Origin: Macrostomum lignano
Lineage: Eukaryota
DNA: 64,000 bases
Assembly: GCA_002269645.1 (NCBI GenBank)
Contig: NIVC01001411.1
Location: 62,001 to 126,000 of the forward strand
Direction of reading: 5' to 3'
Shown here: in pieces, positions 58,933 through 64,000 of the stretch
Layout: each line of letters opens with the position of its first letter
How positions within the stretch are numbered: position 1 is the first letter of the stretch
Made by a program: the position numbers and the translations under genes
The notes under the pieces: generated by a model
Told to the model about the DNA's origin: nothing
Databases searched by the model: none
The model's input: the letters and a program-made list of their open reading frames with translations, nothing else

Positions 58933-59715
58933 GTTGACAACAAAGAGATCATATTGAATTGAGTATTTCAGAGCGCTAGTCCTCGGCTTAACTAAAAGTA
59001 AGCGCCGTAACTTTCCAAGAAAGCAAGCATGGCACCAAGAACTATTAAGATCCTACAAGTTTCCTCTCCAGAACACTGTAACAAGAACTTCATGACCAGG
59101 CCGTTATGTACACGCAAGCTGGCATTCCACACTGCAGCCGCAGAGGCTCCGATCTCCCTGCCAGATTCTCCAGCAGGCCAAAGCAGAAAAGTTCCCCAGG
59201 CCAAGCAAATCGTCAATTGGCGGGGCCGCAGCAGCGGTGGCGCGGACGGGGCCGATCGAAATGTCGTTCGTTCGCCGCCATCCATTCGAAATCCCATCCG
59301 GCCTTTCGTCTCCCTTCCTCCCTGCTTGCCCGGCAGTCGGCAATTGTTCCTCTTTGCGCACAGCAGCGCGAAAACAGCCTTCAGTCTGGAACTGCACTTT
59401 TCCCTCTTGATGGGGCGGGGGGACTCTTTTTGCTTTAGATGACTGTGGAGCGCCATGCGTGGCGAATTCCTCCCTAGTTCAGCAGCGCAATGGAGTGAGC
59501 ACGCAGTTTAAGTTTCAAATGTTTCAATGGTTTGTTGAAAATCACTTTAGAGCTCCATTTTCTCATATTGATTGTCAAAACCAATACTCTAACTATCTTG
59601 TTTCATTTTAATACCCCATATCTCATTATTCACCAGCAAAACGGGTACTTTATCACGAAGTCAAATAGAGAACTTCAAACAAGACGCCACCATCTTCATC
59701 GTATATTTCATCCGG

Positions 59716-61465
59716 AATTTTTTTACATCTCGGCAGTGCACAACTCCCGGCGAAATGCTAAGCGATTGGGCCGGATCAGAAGGCAGTTCCGGTGTGATTG
59801 AATCTGATCATAAGGCAGTTCCGGTGTGACTGAACCGGATCATAAGGCAGTTCCGGTGTGACTGAACCGGATCATAAGGCAGTTCCGGTGTGACTGAACC
59901 GGATCATAAGGCAGTTCCGGTGTGACTGAATCGGATCATAAGGCATTTCCGGTGTGACTGAATCGGATCATAAGGCATTTCCGGTGTGACTGAATCGGAT
60001 CATAAGGCATTTCCAGTGTGACTGAATCGGATCATAAGGCATTTCCGGAGATGTTGAATCTGATCATAAAGGTAGTTCCGGTGTGCTTGAATTGGATCAT
60101 AAGACAGTTCCGGTGTGATTGAACCGGATCATAAGGCATTTCCGGTGTGACTGAATCGGATCATAAGGCATTTCCGGTGTGATTGAATCGGATCATAAGG
60201 CAGTTCCGGTGTGATTGAACCGGATCAGAATGCAGTTCTGGTGTGATTAAATCGGATCATAAGGCAGTTCCGGAGATGTTGAATCTGATCATAAAGGAAG
60301 TTCCGGTGTGCTTGAATTGGATCATAAGACAGTTCCGGTGTGATTGAACCGGATCATAAGGCATTTCCGGTGTGACTGAATCGGATCATACGGCATTTCC
60401 GGTGTGATTGAATCGGATCATAAGGCAGTTCCGGTGTGACTGAATCGGATCATAAGGCATTTCTGGTGTGATTAAATCGGATCATAAGGCAGTTCCGGAG
60501 ATGTTGAATCTGATCATAAAGGAAGTTCCGGTGTGCTTGAATTGGATCATAAGGCAGTTCCGGTGTGATTGAACCGGATCAGAAGGCATTTCCGGTGTGA
60601 TTAAATCGGATCATAAGGCAGTTCCGGAGATGTTGAATCTGATCATAAGGCAGTTCTGGTGTGATTGAATCGGACCATAAGGCGTTTCCGGTGACTGGAC
60701 CTGGACCAGAAGGCAGGTCTCATGATGAGTCATCATGGGTAAGACATGGGTAAGACATACAAAAGGGTTTAAAATAATTGATTAATTAAGCAGACAGCAA
60801 AGCTGGCGGCATCCGATAATGATCAAGGGATGCGATAAAACCGATTATATTATAGCCAAACTATAATTTTTTTACATCTCGGCAGTGCACAACTCCCGGC
60901 GAAATGCTAAGCGATTGGGCCGGATCAGAAGGCAGTTCCGGTGTGATTGAATCTGATCATAAGGCATTTCCGGTGTGACTGAACCGGATCATAAGGCAGT
61001 TCCGGTGTGACTGAACCGGATCATAAGGCAGTTCCGGTGTGACTGAACCGGATCATAAGGCAGTTCCGGTGTGACTGAATCGGATCATAAGGCATTTCCG
61101 GTGTGACTGAATCGGATCATAAGGCATTTCCGGTGTGATTGAATCGGATCATAAGGCAGTTCCGGTGTGACTGAATCGGATCATAAGGCATTTCTGGTGT
61201 GATTAAATCGGATCATAAGGCAGTTCCGGAGATGTTGAATCTGATCATAAGGCAGTTCTGGTGTGATTGAATCGGACCATAAGGCGTTTCCGGTGACTGG
61301 ACCTGGACCAGAAGGCAGGTCTCATGATGAGTCATCATGGGTAAGACATGGGTAAGACATACAAAAGGGTTTAAAATAATTGATTAATTAAGCAGACAGC
61401 AAAGCTGACGGCATCCGATAATGATCAAGGGATGCGATAAAACCGATTATATTATAGCCAAACTA
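59716..61465. repeat. Head-to-tail duplication of a unit (59716-60863 and 60865-61465) with unique ends around a 32-bp array
   Basis: The head of about 70 bp and the tail of about 165 bp are nearly identical between copies. Internal unit AAGGCAGTTCCGGTGTGACTGAACCGGATCAT differs in copy number. Confidence 0.95.
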
Positions 61466-61565
61466 GCAATGCAACGGGCACGGTAAATGCACGCACAGAA
61501 TGGGCCAGATGGACTATCATATACTACTCATATTAACATAGTTCTTATGCACTGCTATCAGCCCG

Positions 61566-64000
61566 TCAGTCCTGCTCCGCATCCTCCTTCTGGCCGATGG
61601 CCCGGTCGGCGAAGCGCAGCCGCAGCACGAAGTTGCCGCCGCGCTCCTGCTGGCCGAGGCCGACCAGCTCGCGGTTGTTGGCCAGCACCAGCGCCTCTGT
61701 GGACAGCATCGCGTTCGGCCACTGCGCCATGCCGCCGAGGACTTGTCGGTCGCTCTGGCGTTGCTGAACCGCAGCGTTGAAGTTGGCAGCGGGCATTTGG
61801 CCTCGTCGAACACTCGGCGAAGCTGGTGCTCCTGGTAATAAAAGTGCGCGAAAAATACTGTTAGTAGGCTGAATTGCGTTTTCTTTCGATAAATGAAAAA
61901 ATACAAAAAAACGGATTCGAAGTAATTACTATCAGATTGGAGACAACATGTATGATGAATGGATGCGGCATTTTTTAATAGCCATAGTTAGTTTGCGTCA
62001 TGCATTTTGAGTCATAAGCAGTCTGGGTGAGTCATAAAGTCACCTGAATCTGAAAACTCACCTGAATCCCGGGCGGGCAGTTCCAATAGTAGAGGGTGCG
62101 GAACGGTGGCGCCGGCTTGTTGCTGGCCGCCTGCCTCGGAGTGGTGAACCGATTGTTGGCGCAGTCCGAGTAGTCAACGAACCCGGGACTCTTGTCTGGC
62201 AGGGCCCGGTCCAGCGCCACTCCGTGCGGCGCCGAGTCCTTGGTCAGCCTGGCCAGCGGCGTCGGTGACACCCGAAGGCAGCTACCGAACATCCTGGCGC
62301 CGTCCAGGCAGCTGCCGACCCGGCAGGCTGAGGCAACGTCGCCAACTTCAACGTAGGCGCCAATCAGCGGACCGGGGGAGGCGGCGGCTGTCCGGGTGGC
62401 AGCTGCTGGCCCGGCGGCCGGCTCAGCAGGCAGATGCCGATCACGTTGCCGTACAGGCAGATGAGGTTGAACAGCCGGTCGCAGGTGAACACGCCGGAGT
62501 CCAGGCCGGAGAGCAGCAGCACGGGAGTGACGCGGTGGGGCGGCCCGGGCTCCTGCTGAATGCTCGGGTCGCGGGTGAAGTCGAAGGCGTCCGGGGTGTT
62601 GCGGACTATCGTGAGCTCGGGGGGCAGCGCGAAGTCCACCTGGTGTTGCGGGGGTCGGGATGGTTTTACTTCAGCAGTAATTAATCTGGACGGGTGAGAA
62701 TGGATATCTTAGGTGAGAAAAGACATCCTAGATAGGTGAGAATTGACATCCTAGACAGGGGAGAATAGACATTCTATACAGGTGAGAATAGACATCCTAG
62801 ACAGGTGAGAATAGACATCATAAACGCGGGTGAGAATATATAACATAGACAGGTGAGAATCGAAATTCTATACAGGTGAGAAGACACCCTAAACAGGTGA
62901 GAATAGACATCCCAGACAGGTGAGAATGGATAGCATAGACAGGTGAGACTGGACATCCTAGAGTTTAGAATAGACATCCCAGACAGGTGAGAATAGACAT
63001 CCTAGACAGTTTAGAATGGGCATTTAAGACAGGTGAGAATAGACATTAAAAATAAGTGGGAAGGAATCCCAAATGCCAAGACCCAGGGGCTGAAATAACT
63101 GCCTCACCTTAACAGTACAGCAGCCGTCAAAGAAGTCCAGCCCATTTAGCCTGGCCTTGGCGGTCACCGCCTGTTCAATGTGAGCGAATTCAACCATAGC
63201 ATGCAGCTGGCAACTCGGGCCCTTGCGAAACATCACAGCCCGGCACACCTGGCCAAACCGTGAGCAGGCGGCGTGCAGCATCTCCATGCTGACTGGCAGG
63301 CTGGGCTCGGCCCTGTAGAACACCAGCAGCAGCACCCGGTTGGGAGCCGGGAAGCCGTCGCCGCGGTGCATGATGCGGATAATGGACGACTCGACTACGT
63401 GGATGCCGCCAAGAGCGCCCGACCTGCGGGCGGGACGAGAGGGAAATATTGATGAGGGAAGGGGAAGAAATCACTTCCATGGGAAGACTGGGAGAGGAAG
63501 ACGGGAAGAGGAAGACGGGGAAAGGGAGACTGGAAGAGGGAGATGGGAAGAGGGAGAGGGAAACGGGGAGAGGGAGACGGGGAGAGGGAGACGGGGAGAG
63601 GGAGACTGGAAGAGGGAGATGGGAGACGGGGAGAGGGAGACTGGAAGAGGGAGATGGGAGACGGGGAGAGGGAGACTGGAAGAGGGAGATGGGAGACGGG
63701 GAGAGGGAGACTGGAAGAGGGAGATGGGAAGAGGGAGACTGGAAGAGGGAGAAAAGGACGAGATGGAGCCCAAACACACAAGGTAAGCACCGCAGGCCCT
63801 CCAAAGCAGCCGGTGCCAGAGCTCACTTTGCCAGCTCGAAAGTCCTAGCAACGGATCTCTGCTCCTGGAATTCAACGAGGGCCCGCCGTTTATGCGGCAT
63901 CGTCCAGATTCGGCTGATTCGGCCGATGCGGCCGAACGCCTCGGACAGGTCGGCCTCGGAGACGTTCGCGGGAAGGTCGCGGGCCATCACCACCAAGGAG
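61566..64000 (-). CDS. HNRNPL: hnRNP L-like RRM protein, 5'-incomplete, with two apparent 1-nt deletions
   Basis: Exons >64000-63827, 63423-63108, 62639-62062 and 61831-61566. RRM motifs RALVEF, NRVLLL...HAMVEF...LNG.DFFDGCCTVK, RLFNLICLYGNV and NNRFTTPRQAASNK resemble hnRNP L/LL. The frame breaks near 62375 and 61735. Confidence 0.8.
62690..63047. repeat. 23-bp minisatellite (GACAGGTGAGAATAGACATCCTA) in an hnRNP L-like intron
   Basis: About 15 degenerate copies. Confidence 0.92.
63483..63752. repeat. Purine-rich repeat of about 35 bp in an hnRNP L-like intron
   Basis: GGAGACTGGAAGAGGGAGATGGGAGACGGGGAGAG tandem copies. Confidence 0.9.

Noticed and set aside
61461-61500. Minus-strand Helitron 3' end (CCGTGCCCGTTGCATTGCTAGT)
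   Set aside because: CTAG-T is present, but there is no convincing subterminal hairpin or matching 5' TC end.

Overview
Eukaryotic, intron-rich animal DNA with GC-rich exons set among more than 30 different mini- and microsatellite arrays. The style suggests a Macrostomum-type flatworm (inference, not checked). Five spliced genes were reconstructed by hand from splice sites and intron phases: a 9-exon protocadherin with 7 cadherin repeats (minus, 11228-32402), a protein with two cyclic-nucleotide-binding domains (plus, 38414-42306), a single-domain ACE/peptidase M2 with a GPI-type tail (minus, 46072-48923), an FMRFamide-receptor-like GPCR (minus, 50103-53030), and a 5'-incomplete hnRNP L-like gene with two frameshifts (minus, 61566-64000). 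Mobile DNA comprises a decayed RNase H-bearing LINE, two (GTT)n-tailed LINE insertions with target-site duplications (one nested in an older RTE remnant), a tRNA-derived SINE and a head-to-tail duplicated unit carrying an internal 32-bp array. The most notable structure is that the protocadherin cytoplasmic-tail exons are bracketed by two pairs of reverse-complementary repeat arrays, which could form long pre-mRNA stems. There is no CRISPR array, rRNA or intact tRNA. Most long ORFs in the track are translated repeats.
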